From: Deltaproteobacteria bacterium | GTDB taxonomy: Bacteria; Myxococcota_A; UBA9160; SMWR01 | Direction of reading: 5' to 3' | NCBI GenBank assembly: GCA_032128115.1 | Contig: JAQBHB010000040.1 | Location: 130,140-194,139 of the forward strand | DNA length: 64,000 nt | Shown here: positions 28,898-38,767 of the stretch, piece after piece | Layout: the number at the start of each line of letters is the position of its first letter | Numbering within the stretch: the first letter of the stretch is position 1 | The notes under the pieces: model-generated | What the model was told of the DNA's origin: nothing | Databases searched by the model: none | What the model saw: the letters and a program-made list of their open reading frames with translations, nothing else | Program-made: the position numbers and the translations under genes

Positions 28898-30172
28898 ATG
28901 CACGAGCCCGATGGACTGGATGACCTGAAGCGGAGGCTCGCCTACCTGGACCTGGGCGAGGCCGACCGCGAGCTGTTGGCCGAGCTGGCGCCCGTGCTCG
29001 AGAAGCACGCGGACGTCTTCGTGGCCGCCTTCTACCGGCACCTGCTGTCTTTCGAGTCCACCCGCGCCCTGTTGCGCGATCCGGTCGTGAAGCAGCGGCT
29101 GCTGGCCAAGCAGCGCGGCTACCTGCTGAGCCTGGCCCGGCCCGAATTCGACGAAGCCTATCTCGCCGACCGACGGCGCATCGGCGAGACCCACGAACGG
29201 GTGGGGCTCGAGCCGAGCTGGTACCTGGGGGCCTATTCCCTGTATTTCTCGCTTCTGTCTTCCATCCTCGCTGACACCTGCGTCGACGATCCGGAGCGCG
29301 GGTTCCGGACCCTGGTGGCCTTGCAGAAGCTGCTCACGCTCGACTCGGAACTCGCCATGGAGGCGTACATCGTTGCCCGCGAACGCGAGCTCGAGTACCT
29401 GACCCGGGAATTGGCCCGGGCGGGACAGCGCCTGGGGCGCGATTTCGCGGAGCAGGGCGTCGAGTTGCGTCAGACCCAGGAGCGCGCGCGGGTCGCCGAA
29501 GAACTGGCGTCGATCGCCACCCTGGTGGCGGGCCTGGCTCACGAGATCGGCACGCCCATGGGCGTGATCCAGGGCCACGCCAAGATGCTCGAGTCGAACG
29601 TCTCGGGCGACGATGCCCGCTGGCGACTCAAGACGATCCAGGAACAGATCGGGCGCATTTCGAGAATCATCCAGACGCTGCTCAACATGGCGCGTCCGGG
29701 GAAGTCGCGGCGGGTGCCAGTGGCGCTCGAGGGCCTGTTGGAATCGACCCTCTCGTTCCTCTCCGAAAAGCTCGGGCGTCGGAAGATCCAGGTGGAGCGC
29801 GCCTACCAACCGGTCGTCAGTGTGGTTGGTGACCCGGAACGGTTACAGCAGCTGTTGCTGAATCTGCTCTTGAACGCGGCGGACGCCATGCCCGAGGGCG
29901 GGCAGTTGCGCCTCGGACTGGCCCCCGCGGACGACGGCAGCGTCGAGCTCCGCATTGGCGATTCGGGCCCGGGGATCCGCGCGGCCGACCTGCCGCGGAT
30001 CTTCGAGCCTTTCTTCACCACGAAAGAGTCGGGCCAGGGTAATGGCCTGGGCCTGATGGTGGCCAAGGGCATCGTGAAGGATCACGGCGGGAGCATCGAC
30101 GTCGCGAGTCGCGAAGGTGAGGGCACCGAGTTCTGCATCGTGCTCCCCACTCCCGCCGGGACGCAGCCTTGA
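28898..30172 (+). CDS. Globin-coupled sensor histidine kinase (protoglobin + HisKA + HATPase)
   Basis: AAFYRHL (B10 Tyr), RRRIGETHERVGLEPSWY (proximal His); H box AHEIGTP, N box, DSGPGI, FEPFFTTK, GNGLGL; no TM segment. Confidence 0.9.
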   Translation: MHEPDGLDDLKRRLAYLDLGEADRELLAELAPVLEKHADVFVAAFYRHLLSFESTRALLRDPVVKQRLLAKQRGYLLSLARPEFDEAYLADRRRIGETHERVGLEPSWYLGAYSLYFSLLSSILADTCVDDPERGFRTLVALQKLLTLDSELAMEAYIVARERELEYLTRELARAGQRLGRDFAEQGVELRQTQERARVAEELASIATLVAGLAHEIGTPMGVIQGHAKMLESNVSGDDARWRLKTIQEQIGRISRIIQTLLNMARPGKSRRVPVALEGLLESTLSFLSEKLGRRKIQVERAYQPVVSVVGDPERLQQLLLNLLLNAADAMPEGGQLRLGLAPADDGSVELRIGDSGPGIRAADLPRIFEPFFTTKESGQGNGLGLMVAKGIVKDHGGSIDVASREGEGTEFCIVLPTPAGTQP

Positions 30173-30203
30173 GTGGACGGGTCGTTCGCACGCCCGGTCG
30201 CCC

Positions 30204-31232
30204 GTGACGTCGCTTCCGGCCGGAAAGCTTCCCGCCGCGTTCCTGAGCGAGCTGCTGGATTCCGGGGGGCCGCTGCCGGACGACGTGCTCCTCGCGCCGG
30301 CCCTTGGCGAAGACGCGTGCGCTCTCCGGGTGGAAGCCGGAGCCTTGATCGCTGCCACCGACCCCATCACGCTGACCGGAAGCGGCGTGGGTGCGCACGC
30401 GGTGGTGATCAATGCCAACGACGTCGCCGTGACGGGAGCCAGGCCGCGCTGGTTTCTCGCCTGCGTGCTGCTGCCGATCGGTACCACCCGGCAAGATGTC
30501 CGCGGGCTGTTCGAGGAGATGCGCGCCGAACTCCAGAAACTCGGAGCCTTTCTCGTCGGAGGACACACCGAGGTGACGAGTGCGGTGCGACAGCCCGTAG
30601 TGGTGGGGCAGATGCTCGGCCAGCACCCGGAGGGTCGCGTGGTGCGAACCGGTGGAGTCCGCGAAGGCGACGTGGTCCTGCAGGTGGGCCCGGCACCGGT
30701 GGAGGGGGCCGCGGTGCTGGCACACGAAGCCGGTGCGCGCCTGGGTTCGGTCGCCGCGGAACTCCTGGCGCGGGCGCGGGGCGCACTCCGCGATCCGGGG
30801 ATCAGTGTCGTCGAGGCGGCCCTTCGGGCCGCAGACCTGGGCGCCACGGCGCTGCACGATCCCACCGAGGGGGGTCTTTCGGCCGGGCTGCACGAGCTGG
30901 CCGAGGCCTCGGGCCTGGCGCTCCGGGTCGATGGGGAGGCGGTGCTGTGGTTCGAGCCCGGCCGCGCGGTGTGTGCGGCGCTGGGGGCGGATCCCTGGGG
31001 TGTGCTGGCTTCGGGGACGCTGTTGGCGGCGTTCGCCGCGGATCGGGCGGATCATGCCTGCGCCACCCTCGCGGGCGAGGGATACGCGGTCCGGGCCATT
31101 GCCCGGGCGCTTCGCGGGGCCGGGGTGCATCGCAAAGATGGAAGCCCACTTCCCCGCTACGAACGGGACGAGATCTCGCGGGTTCTCGGCGCGCCCGCCC
31201 CTGATCTGGGCGTCGCCAGCCCGGTACCATGA
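30204..31232 (+). CDS. AIR synthase-related (PurM-like) protein
   Basis: GKLP, GEDA, TDPIT, NANDVA, GGHTEV, HDPTEGG; no HypE C-terminal PRIC. Confidence 0.82.
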   Translation: MTSLPAGKLPAAFLSELLDSGGPLPDDVLLAPALGEDACALRVEAGALIAATDPITLTGSGVGAHAVVINANDVAVTGARPRWFLACVLLPIGTTRQDVRGLFEEMRAELQKLGAFLVGGHTEVTSAVRQPVVVGQMLGQHPEGRVVRTGGVREGDVVLQVGPAPVEGAAVLAHEAGARLGSVAAELLARARGALRDPGISVVEAALRAADLGATALHDPTEGGLSAGLHELAEASGLALRVDGEAVLWFEPGRAVCAALGADPWGVLASGTLLAAFAADRADHACATLAGEGYAVRAIARALRGAGVHRKDGSPLPRYERDEISRVLGAPAPDLGVASPVP

Positions 31233-31257
31233 CGCTTCTCGGGCAAGGAGCACGGCA

Positions 31258-32274
31258 ATGGCCCAGGTGAGTGTCGTTGGAGCGGGCGCTTTCGGAACGG
31301 CGTTGGCGCTGTACGCGGCGGAGCGCGGCCACGCGGTCCGGGTCTGGGCCTTCGATGCGGGGCTGCCCGAGTCGGTGGAGGCCGAGGGCGCGAACAACGC
31401 CTATCTGCCCGGCTTTCCGGTTCCGCCCGAGGTTCGATTCAGCAACGAGCTTGGCGCAGTGTTGCGCGGCGCTGACCTGGTGCTGTTGGCAGTACCGTCC
31501 GCCTTCATGCGACGGGTCTCAGAACAGGCGCGGGAGCACATTCCAGACGGGGCGCTCATCACCTCTACCGCCAAGGGAATCGAGGAGACCTCACTCGGCC
31601 TGATGAGTGACGTGCTTTCCGAGACCCTGGCCCCCCATCGCAGTCGCCTGACGTTTCTTTCGGGTCCGAGCTTCGCGAAGGACGTGGCGGCGGGTCTTCC
31701 GGCCGACGTGGCGTTGGCCGCCGAGGACATCGAGGTCGCCCGCGCGGGCCAGGCGTTGCTCCACTCGCCGCGCTTTCGCGTCTACACCAGCGACGACGTG
31801 GTGGGCATCGAGCTGGGAGGCGCTCTGAAGAACGTGATTGCCGTAGCCTGCGGGGCTGCCCACGGACTCGGACTGGGCGCTTCGGCACTGGCGTCGTTGC
31901 TGACCCGGGGATTGGCAGAAATGACCCGTCTGGGTGTGGCGCTCGGCGCGAGCCCGCTCACGTTCCTGGGCCTGGCCGGCGTCGGCGACCTGACGCTCAC
32001 GTGCAACGGCGAGCTCTCGCGCAACCGACAGCTGGGGGTGCGCCTCGCCAAGGGCGAAAGCGCCGCGGAGATCGCGGCCTCCCAGAAGGCCGTGGCCGAG
32101 GGCTATGTCACTGCGGCCCCGGCGCATCGGCTCGCCGAACGCGAGGGGGTCGAGATGCCCATCGCCGCCGCCGTCTACCGGGTCTGCTACGAGGGAGCGG
32201 ACGTACTCGAGGAGGCGGCCCGCCTCATGAGCCGCGAGATGAAGGACGAACTCGCCGGCATCTTCCACGTCTGA
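31258..32274 (+). CDS. gpsA: NAD(P)H-dependent glycerol-3-phosphate dehydrogenase
   Basis: GAGAFGTALA, KGIE, SGPSFA, ELGGALKNVIA, GDLTLTC..LSRN. Confidence 0.95.
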   Translation: MAQVSVVGAGAFGTALALYAAERGHAVRVWAFDAGLPESVEAEGANNAYLPGFPVPPEVRFSNELGAVLRGADLVLLAVPSAFMRRVSEQAREHIPDGALITSTAKGIEETSLGLMSDVLSETLAPHRSRLTFLSGPSFAKDVAAGLPADVALAAEDIEVARAGQALLHSPRFRVYTSDDVVGIELGGALKNVIAVACGAAHGLGLGASALASLLTRGLAEMTRLGVALGASPLTFLGLAGVGDLTLTCNGELSRNRQLGVRLAKGESAAEIAASQKAVAEGYVTAAPAHRLAEREGVEMPIAAAVYRVCYEGADVLEEAARLMSREMKDELAGIFHV

Positions 32275-32297
32275 TCCCCACTGCCTCATCAGCGAAT

Positions 32298-32332
32298 GGG
32301 GCAAACCGACTCTGAATGTGGCATTATGACTC
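32298..32332. promoter_or_regulatory. Tandem candidate enhancer boxes upstream of the activator gene
   Basis: GGGGCaaaccGACTC (32298-32312) and GTGGCattatGACTC (32318-32332); the proximal box is 39 nt from the sigma54 site. Confidence 0.5.
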
Positions 32333-32371
32333 ATTCGTGCGCTCAGGAGGCCCTCAGCGGGGCCCCAGCGT

Positions 32372-32387
32372 TGGCACGCCACGTGCT
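32372..32387 (+). promoter_or_regulatory. sigma54 promoter of the response regulator-USP operon
   Basis: TGGCACGCCACGTGCT. Confidence 0.75.
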
Positions 32388-32413
32388 CTCTGGAGCGATC
32401 GGAGAGGAACTCG

Positions 32414-33799
32414 ATGACAGAGGCCCGACGAGTCCTGGTGGTGGACGATGATGCGGCGATGCGCCAGATGCTGGCGTCGCTCTTTCGCGGACAGGGCTAC
32501 CAGGTGGAGGAGGCGCCGGCGGCGGACGAGGCCCTGGCTTGCGCCCGGGCCTCGGAGTTCGACGCCGTCCTGAGCGACATTCGCATGCCCGGCCGGACCG
32601 GGGTGGAGTTGGTGGGCGAGATGCGGCGCGTGCGCCCGGAGACGCCGGTGGTGCTGATGACCGCGTTCGGCAGCATCGACTCGGCGGTCGAAGCCATGCG
32701 CGCCGGGGCCTTCGACTACATCACGAAGCCATTCGAGCCCGAGACGGCCCTGCTCGCCCTGGAGCGCGCCATCGAGCACCGGGCCCTGGAAGAGGAGAAC
32801 CGGCGGCTGCGCCGCGCAGTCGATCGCACCGCCGCCTTCGGCGACCTGATCGGCGAGAGCCCGGCCATGCGCGACATCTTCGCGCTGATCCGGAAGATCG
32901 CCCACGGTCGCAGCAGTGTGCTGATCACCGGCGAGAGCGGAACGGGCAAGGAGGTGGTGGCGCGCACGATTCACTACCACGGCATACGCAAGGACAAGCC
33001 GTTCATTCCCATCAACTGCACGGCGATCCCCGAGGGTCTGCTGGAGAGCGAGCTGTTCGGGCACGTGCGCGGCGCCTTCACCGGGGCCCACACGACCAAG
33101 CGCGGGCTCTTCGAGAAGGCCAATGGCGGCACCCTGTTCCTGGACGAGATCGGGGACATGGGCGCTGCGCTCCAGGGCAAGCTGCTCCGGGTGCTTCAGG
33201 ACGGCGAGATCCGACCCGTGGGCGGTACGCAATTGATCAAGGTGGACGTGCGGATCATCGCCGCCACCAACAAGGACCTCCAGGCCGAGATGGAAGCCGG
33301 CCGTTTCCGCGAGGATCTCTACTTCCGGCTCAATGTGATCCCGATCCACATTCCGCCGCTGCGGGAGCGCCCGGAGGACATTCCGGGTCTGGTGGACGCC
33401 TTCGTGCGCAGGCACGCAGGGGATGTCCGCCGAAGCCTGTCGCCGGCCGCGATCGATCGTCTGAAGGCGTGCGCCTGGAAGGGGAATGCCCGGGAGCTCG
33501 AGAACGTGCTGGAGCGAGCCCTCGCCCTGTGCGAGTGCCCCGAGGTGGGGCCCGACGACCTTCCCATGGGGCCGACGGGCGCCGCATCCGAGGACCGGGG
33601 CGAGTCGCTGTTGGCCAGCGCCGTCCACCGGAACCTGACCCTGCGCGAGCTCGAGGAGCGCTACATCGGCGAGATCATGCAGTGCACCGGCGGCAACAAG
33701 GTGCGAGCGGCGCGCATCCTGGGTATCGATCGCAAGACGCTCTACCGCCGGGCCGAACGCCGCGCCCGGGGGGATGGCGAGGTGGAGGCTACGTCGTGA
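32414..33799 (+). CDS. sigma54-dependent response regulator (NtrC/AtoC family)
   Basis: Receiver (VVDDD, DIRMP, KPF), GESGTGKE, GAFTGA, FLDEIG, Fis-type HTH. Confidence 0.95.
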   Translation: MTEARRVLVVDDDAAMRQMLASLFRGQGYQVEEAPAADEALACARASEFDAVLSDIRMPGRTGVELVGEMRRVRPETPVVLMTAFGSIDSAVEAMRAGAFDYITKPFEPETALLALERAIEHRALEEENRRLRRAVDRTAAFGDLIGESPAMRDIFALIRKIAHGRSSVLITGESGTGKEVVARTIHYHGIRKDKPFIPINCTAIPEGLLESELFGHVRGAFTGAHTTKRGLFEKANGGTLFLDEIGDMGAALQGKLLRVLQDGEIRPVGGTQLIKVDVRIIAATNKDLQAEMEAGRFREDLYFRLNVIPIHIPPLRERPEDIPGLVDAFVRRHAGDVRRSLSPAAIDRLKACAWKGNARELENVLERALALCECPEVGPDDLPMGPTGAASEDRGESLLASAVHRNLTLRELEERYIGEIMQCTGGNKVRAARILGIDRKTLYRRAERRARGDGEVEATS

Positions 33800-34239
33800 A
33801 GATCCGCACCCTGTTGGTTCCCACGGATTTCTCCGAGCACGCCGATCGGGCCCTCGAGTACGCGGGGGGGCTGGCGCGCGAGCTGGGAGCGAAGGTCGAA
33901 ATCCTGCACGCCTACCAGGCTCCGCTGGTGGAACTCACGCCCTATCACCTGGCCCTGCCGGTGAGCGTGCTCGAGGGGGTTCGGGACGTCGCTCGCGAGA
34001 AGCTCGAGGCGCTGTGTGAGAAGCTGACGACCGAAGGCGTCGATGCCCACGGTCGCCTGTGCGAGGGGATCCCGGCCGAGGTCATCGTGAACACAGCCGC
34101 CGACCTGAAGGTCGACATGATCGTAATGGGAACCCGCGGAAACACCGGGCTCAAGCACGTCTTGCTGGGAAGCGTGGCCGAGCGCACGCTTCGCCGCGCC
34201 GGGTGCCCGGTTCTCACGCTCCACGCCGACAAGGCCTGA
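33796..34239 (+). CDS. Universal stress protein
   Basis: [35 protein letters not shown] overlap. Confidence 0.92.
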   Translation: MKIRTLLVPTDFSEHADRALEYAGGLARELGAKVEILHAYQAPLVELTPYHLALPVSVLEGVRDVAREKLEALCEKLTTEGVDAHGRLCEGIPAEVIVNTAADLKVDMIVMGTRGNTGLKHVLLGSVAERTLRRAGCPVLTLHADKA

Positions 34240-34357
34240 GCCGCGGTACCCTCCGCCCGCGAAGTCGCTCCGGCGCGCGCGGGCTCCGGAATCGGCGTCG
34301 ATCATGGCACCGGACGGAGTCGGCGATTTGAACCAAGCGGGGACACCCGCCCCCCTC

Positions 34358-36031
34358 ATGAGCGGTCGGATGAGCGGTCGGGGAGGTCGGGGCGGCGGAA
34401 CGGGGCGGGCGGCGCGCGCAGTGGCCCTGCTGTTGGGGGTCGGGGCCCTGGCTGTCTTCCTGGCGGAGTCGGCAGTCCGCCACGCCCAGCTCGACGATGC
34501 CTACATCTCGTACCGCTACGGCCGCAATCTGGTGGAGGGCAACGGGCTCGTCTACAACCCGGGCGAGGCGGTCGAGGGGATCACCAACCTCTTGTGGACA
34601 CTGATGGTGGCGCTGGGGATCGCCCTGGGATTCAAGGCCAACGCCACGGGTCACGTGTTGGGCCTGGTGTCAGGCGTCGCCGCCGTCCTGGCCACGTGGT
34701 GGTACGCGCGGAGAGGGTTGCCACCCCCACGCGCCTGGATCGCGGCGGTGGCGGCGTGGGTCCTGGTGTCGTCGCTGCCGTTTGCCCTGTGGGCGACCTC
34801 CGGAATGGAAACCGCCTTGTTCACGGCGGCCACCCTGGTGGCCCTGGCCGCCCACGCCCGCGGGCGCGTGGGCGGGGCCACGCTGGCGGCTGCCGTGGCC
34901 ACCCTGACGCGACCCGACGGTGTCCTGGTGGCCGCCACGATCTACGCCTTCCATCTGGTGGAGAACGGCCGCGAGGGCTGGCGCGCGTGGCGCTGGCCGG
35001 CGGTCTACACGCTGCTGGGTCTGGTGCTGGTGGGCTTCCGCCTGGCCTACTACGGGTCGCCGGTTCCCAACACGTTCTTCGCCAAGGTGGGCGGCATTCC
35101 CGTTACCCAGGGTCTGGCGTATCTGGGGGACTTCTTCGCCGCCGGCCCCTTCCTGCTGTTGATCCCCGCGGCCATCGCCCTGGTGCGCGACCGACTCGGG
35201 TGGCCCGGCGGCGTCTTCTGCGCCATCACGTGTGTCTACACTGTGGCCGTGGGGGGCGACGTGTTTCCCCACGGCCGCTTCCTGCTGCCCGTGCTCGCGT
35301 GCCTCTCGGCCCTGGCGGTGCAAGGCGCCTCCCAGGCGTGGTCGCGCGACCGCTACGCGGGAATCCTGGTGGCCGCACTGATTCCGGGCGCCATCGCCTG
35401 GCAGGTTTTCGGAGGCCTGCCGTGGTGGATGGCTGTGGGCCTGGTGTTCGCGGCCGCGGCCTGGGCCCTGGGAGTGGCCCGGAACCGCCCCGCGCTTCCC
35501 ATCACCGCCGCGGCCATCGGGGCCGGGCTGGCGATCCTGGCCCTGACGATCCCGGGAACCGGCGCGCGCGACGCCCTGCGCAATTCGAAGCGCTCGCTCC
35601 AGCTTCGCGAAGTTCGAACCGGCTTCGGGATGCTCGAGAGGATGGGCTTCATGCGAGCTCGCAGGCTCGAGGAGCGCGGAGAGCCCGTGCGCCTCGTGGC
35701 CGGGGGTGCCATCGGGGCCTTCGGGTACTTTTCCAACCTCCCCATCGTGGACCTCTACGGACTCGTGGATCCGGAGATCGCTCGCAGTCGCCCCGCCGGC
35801 TCCACGGGGGGGGCGTCGCTTCCGGGCCACCAGCGGTCGAATGCGGAGTTGATCCTGTCGCGGGAGCCCGACTACATCTTGATTCCCGATCCCGACTCGC
35901 CGATCTCCGAGATGATTCCGGCCAACCTGGAGATCACGGCCCACCCGGATCTGGAGGCGTTCTACGAATGGGACGAGGAAGTCTGGGGATATCGCAGGCG
36001 GCGGCCGCCACATCCGGTGCCGCCCCGGTGA
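34358..36031 (+). CDS. Multi-TM GT-C fold glycosyltransferase-like protein
   Basis: [52 protein letters not shown]; start is 34358 or 34370. Confidence 0.75.
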   Translation: MSGRMSGRGGRGGGTGRAARAVALLLGVGALAVFLAESAVRHAQLDDAYISYRYGRNLVEGNGLVYNPGEAVEGITNLLWTLMVALGIALGFKANATGHVLGLVSGVAAVLATWWYARRGLPPPRAWIAAVAAWVLVSSLPFALWATSGMETALFTAATLVALAAHARGRVGGATLAAAVATLTRPDGVLVAATIYAFHLVENGREGWRAWRWPAVYTLLGLVLVGFRLAYYGSPVPNTFFAKVGGIPVTQGLAYLGDFFAAGPFLLLIPAAIALVRDRLGWPGGVFCAITCVYTVAVGGDVFPHGRFLLPVLACLSALAVQGASQAWSRDRYAGILVAALIPGAIAWQVFGGLPWWMAVGLVFAAAAWALGVARNRPALPITAAAIGAGLAILALTIPGTGARDALRNSKRSLQLREVRTGFGMLERMGFMRARRLEERGEPVRLVAGGAIGAFGYFSNLPIVDLYGLVDPEIARSRPAGSTGGASLPGHQRSNAELILSREPDYILIPDPDSPISEMIPANLEITAHPDLEAFYEWDEEVWGYRRRRPPHPVPPR

Positions 36032-36432
36032 CCCGGTCGCCGACCCAGCAGATCCTGCTGCTGCTGACGGTCCTGGCGATGCTTGCGCTCGGTGTCGGCA
36101 GCAAGATGTACGCGGGCGAGTACGGCACCTGGGTCCGGTACTACGCCGGGGGCGTCCTGTACGTGATGTTCTGGATCCTGATGGCCGTCGGATTCCAGCC
36201 GCGATGGTCGCCGCTGCGCGTGGCTCTGGGGGTGCTGGTCGTCACGTGTCTGCTCGAGACGCTCCAGCTCTGGAAGAGCGGCCCTCTCGAACTGGTGCGA
36301 GCGACCATGCTGGGTCACGCCCTGGTGGGTTCGACCTTCTCGTGGTGGGATTTTCCGCACTACGCGGCCGGCGCCGTGCTGGGTGGCACGTTGGCCTGGG
36401 GGCTCGCGCCCCGGGAATCGACGCTCCACTGA
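36028..36432 (+). CDS. DUF2809-like membrane protein
   Basis: [24 protein letters not shown] motif. Confidence 0.75.
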   Translation: MTRSPTQQILLLLTVLAMLALGVGSKMYAGEYGTWVRYYAGGVLYVMFWILMAVGFQPRWSPLRVALGVLVVTCLLETLQLWKSGPLELVRATMLGHALVGSTFSWWDFPHYAAGAVLGGTLAWGLAPRESTLH

Positions 36433-36496
36433 TCTCGCAGCCTCCCGCGGTCCTCTGGCGCGCTTCGTTATTATGCGTGCCAGGGGGTGACCGTTG

Positions 36497-37780
36497 ATGA
36501 ATGACCCGGCGTCTCGCCGACGCCTCACGATCCGGATCCTCTACGGGATGTTCGGCGGCCTGGTCGTGGGGCTCGCGCTGAACGCCATCGGCGTTTCGGG
36601 CCCCGTGAACGAGATCCTGGTGGACGGCGTCTTCCACGCAGGTGGCGCGATCTTCCTGGCGAGCCTGAAACTCCTGGTGGTGCCCCTGGTGTTCGTCTCC
36701 CTGGTGTGCGGCACAGCCGCCCTGGACGACGTGGCCAAACTGGGCCGGGTGGGCGGCAAGACCCTGGGTCTGTATCTCGCGACCACCGCGATCGCCATCT
36801 CGTGGGCGTTGCTTGGCGCCGTATTGCTGCGCCCGGGAGCGGGCTTCGGGCTCACGAGCGACGCGACCTTCACCGCCACGCAGGCGCCGCCCCTGGTCGA
36901 GACCCTGGTGGGTCTGTTCCCTTCGAATCCGATCCGCGCCATGGCCGAAGGCAACATGCTGCAGATCATCGTGTTCTCGATCCTGTTCGGGTTGGCTCTG
37001 ACGCTCGCTGGGGACGCGGGAAAACGCCTGTTGCGGATCTTCGAAGACCTGAACCAGGTGGTGCTGAGTCTCGTGATGCTGCTCATGAACCTGGCGCCCT
37101 ACGGAGTCTTCTGCCTGATTGCCAAGGTGTTCTCCCAGATGGGCTTCGACGCCTTCGAGCCCCTGCTCAGCTATTTCTTCCTGGTCCTGGGGGTGCTGTT
37201 CTTCCACGCCATCGTCACCTACTCGGCGATGCTTCGCGTGCTGGCGGGTTTGAGTCCGTTGGCGTTCTTCCGGCGCATGCGCAATCCGGTGACCCTGGCG
37301 TTCAGCACCGCCAGCAGCAACGCCACGATTCCCGTCACCCTCGAGAACGCGGAGCACCGCCTGGGCGTCAGCAACGCCATCGCGAGCTTCACGATCCCCC
37401 TGGGCGCCACGCTCAACATGGATGGCACGGCCATCATGCAGGGTGTGGCCACGGTATTCATCGCCCAGGCCTATGGCATCGAGATCGGGCTGACGGGATA
37501 CCTGATGGTGGTGTTGACCGCGACCCTGGCGTCCATCGGCACCGCCGGCGTGCCGGGCGTGGGTCTCGTGATGCTGGCCATGGTGTTGCGCCAGGTGAAT
37601 CTCCCGGTGGAGGGCATTGCGCTCATCATCGGCGTGGATCGGCTGCTGGACATGGTGCGCACGGCCGTGAACATCACCGGCGACTCGGCGGTGACGTGCG
37701 TGGTGGCGCGCAGCGAGGGGCAGCTTTCCGACGAGACCTTTCATGACGACGGCGGCTCCGGGCGCACCGCTGCCGCCTGA
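36497..37780 (+). CDS. Dicarboxylate/amino acid:cation symporter (GltP family)
   Basis: AFSTASSNATIP, PLGATLNMDG, DRLLDMVRTAVN. Confidence 0.95.
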   Translation: MNDPASRRRLTIRILYGMFGGLVVGLALNAIGVSGPVNEILVDGVFHAGGAIFLASLKLLVVPLVFVSLVCGTAALDDVAKLGRVGGKTLGLYLATTAIAISWALLGAVLLRPGAGFGLTSDATFTATQAPPLVETLVGLFPSNPIRAMAEGNMLQIIVFSILFGLALTLAGDAGKRLLRIFEDLNQVVLSLVMLLMNLAPYGVFCLIAKVFSQMGFDAFEPLLSYFFLVLGVLFFHAIVTYSAMLRVLAGLSPLAFFRRMRNPVTLAFSTASSNATIPVTLENAEHRLGVSNAIASFTIPLGATLNMDGTAIMQGVATVFIAQAYGIEIGLTGYLMVVLTATLASIGTAGVPGVGLVMLAMVLRQVNLPVEGIALIIGVDRLLDMVRTAVNITGDSAVTCVVARSEGQLSDETFHDDGGSGRTAAA

Positions 37781-38045
37781 TCCCGGAGCGCTGCGCATCG
37801 CGCTCCAGGCCAGCGTGGTGCGCCGTGCACTCGCCTTCGCCGTGATCGTGGGGGCCGTGCTGATCGCCATCAACCACGGCGATGCCCTGCTGGCGGGCGA
37901 CCTGAGCCCGGACCGCTGGATCAAGATGGGCCTGACCGTGGCCGTGCCCTATCTGGTCTCCACGGTCTCGAGCGTCCTGGCACTCCGGGGCCGCAAACAG
38001 CGAAATAGCGGGGACCGAAATAGCGGGGACGGGGTTGTCAATTGA
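37743..38045 (+). CDS. NrtS-like small membrane protein
   Basis: A.IVG.VL..INHGDAL...LT..VPY.VST pattern. Confidence 0.7.
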   Translation: MTTAAPGAPLPPDPGALRIALQASVVRRALAFAVIVGAVLIAINHGDALLAGDLSPDRWIKMGLTVAVPYLVSTVSSVLALRGRKQRNSGDRNSGDGVVN

Positions 38046-38111
38046 CGTTTTCGAGCGACGCCGAGCAGACACCGCCACGGGGTGAAAAAGTCAATAGTCA
38101 ACCCCGTCCCC
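38025..38111. repeat. 27-bp imperfect inverted repeat element (MITE/REP-like)
   Basis: GGGGACGGGGTTGTCAATTGACGTTTT (38025-38051) versus AAAAAGTCAATAGTCAACCCCGTCCCC (38085-38111). Confidence 0.75.
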
Positions 38112-38139
38112 GTCTTGGGTGTGCCCGTCTTGGGTTGGC

Positions 38140-38613
38140 TTAGTCGAGGACGGCGATTCCGGCGGCGAGGAAGTCCTGGGGGCCGGCGCGGCGCCAGGTG
38201 GCGCCGCTGACACGCCACTGGCCGTCTTCGTCCAGCAGCGCGAAGTCGAAGCGGTAGAGGTCGGCGCGCATGCCCGCCAGCTGCTCCACAGCCAGGATGG
38301 GCGTTCCCGCCATGGCGACGAACACGGTGGCCTCCGCGCTGCCGTCGCCGGGGATCGCGATCGAGTCGATCCGGGTGAGCAGGTAAACCGAGTCGTGGCG
38401 CATGAAATAGAAGGTGAGCATGGCCACTACGGCCTGCTTGTCCTGGCCCCTGTCGTCCAGGTAGGTCTCGGACACCAGCGGCTTCATGGCGGCAGCGTCC
38501 ATGGCCTCGGCCGCGACCTCGGCCTGCGCCATCAGGGCGCGCACCCGGGCTTCGGGCGTCTCGGGCTCGCCACAGCCCAGCAATCCCAGGGCGGACAGGG
38601 CCGCGAGCCCCAT
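38140..38613 (-). CDS. Lipoprotein with an NTF2-like domain
   Basis: Lipobox LLG-C; AAEAMD...VSETY.D..G...W.V..A.W pattern; start uncertain. Confidence 0.65.
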   Translation of the reverse strand: MGLAALSALGLLGCGEPETPEARVRALMAQAEVAAEAMDAAAMKPLVSETYLDDRGQDKQAVVAMLTFYFMRHDSVYLLTRIDSIAIPGDGSAEATVFVAMAGTPILAVEQLAGMRADLYRFDFALLDEDGQWRVSGATWRRAGPQDFLAAGIAVLD

Positions 38614-38707
38614 CCACCCGGGCCAAAAGCGGCCTCGCCACAGCGCGGATTCCCCCACGCGGGACAGCGTACCGCGCCGCATTCCAGCCGGGTGGGGCCG
38701 CTCGGGC

Positions 38708-38758
38708 TTGACCGGCCCGGACCCATCGAGTAAAAGAACCCGAATCGGATTCTCTTTT
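38708..38758 (+). promoter_or_regulatory. sigma70-type promoter overlapped by a palindromic operator
   Basis: TTGACC-N17-TAAAAG; AGAACCCGA-A-TCGGATTCT imperfect palindrome just upstream of the TetR gene. Confidence 0.55.
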
Positions 38759-38767
38759 GGAGAGAGT

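Noticed and set aside
30204..31232. hypE / hydrogenase maturation
   Set aside because: No C-terminal PRIC cysteine and no hydrogenase genes nearby.
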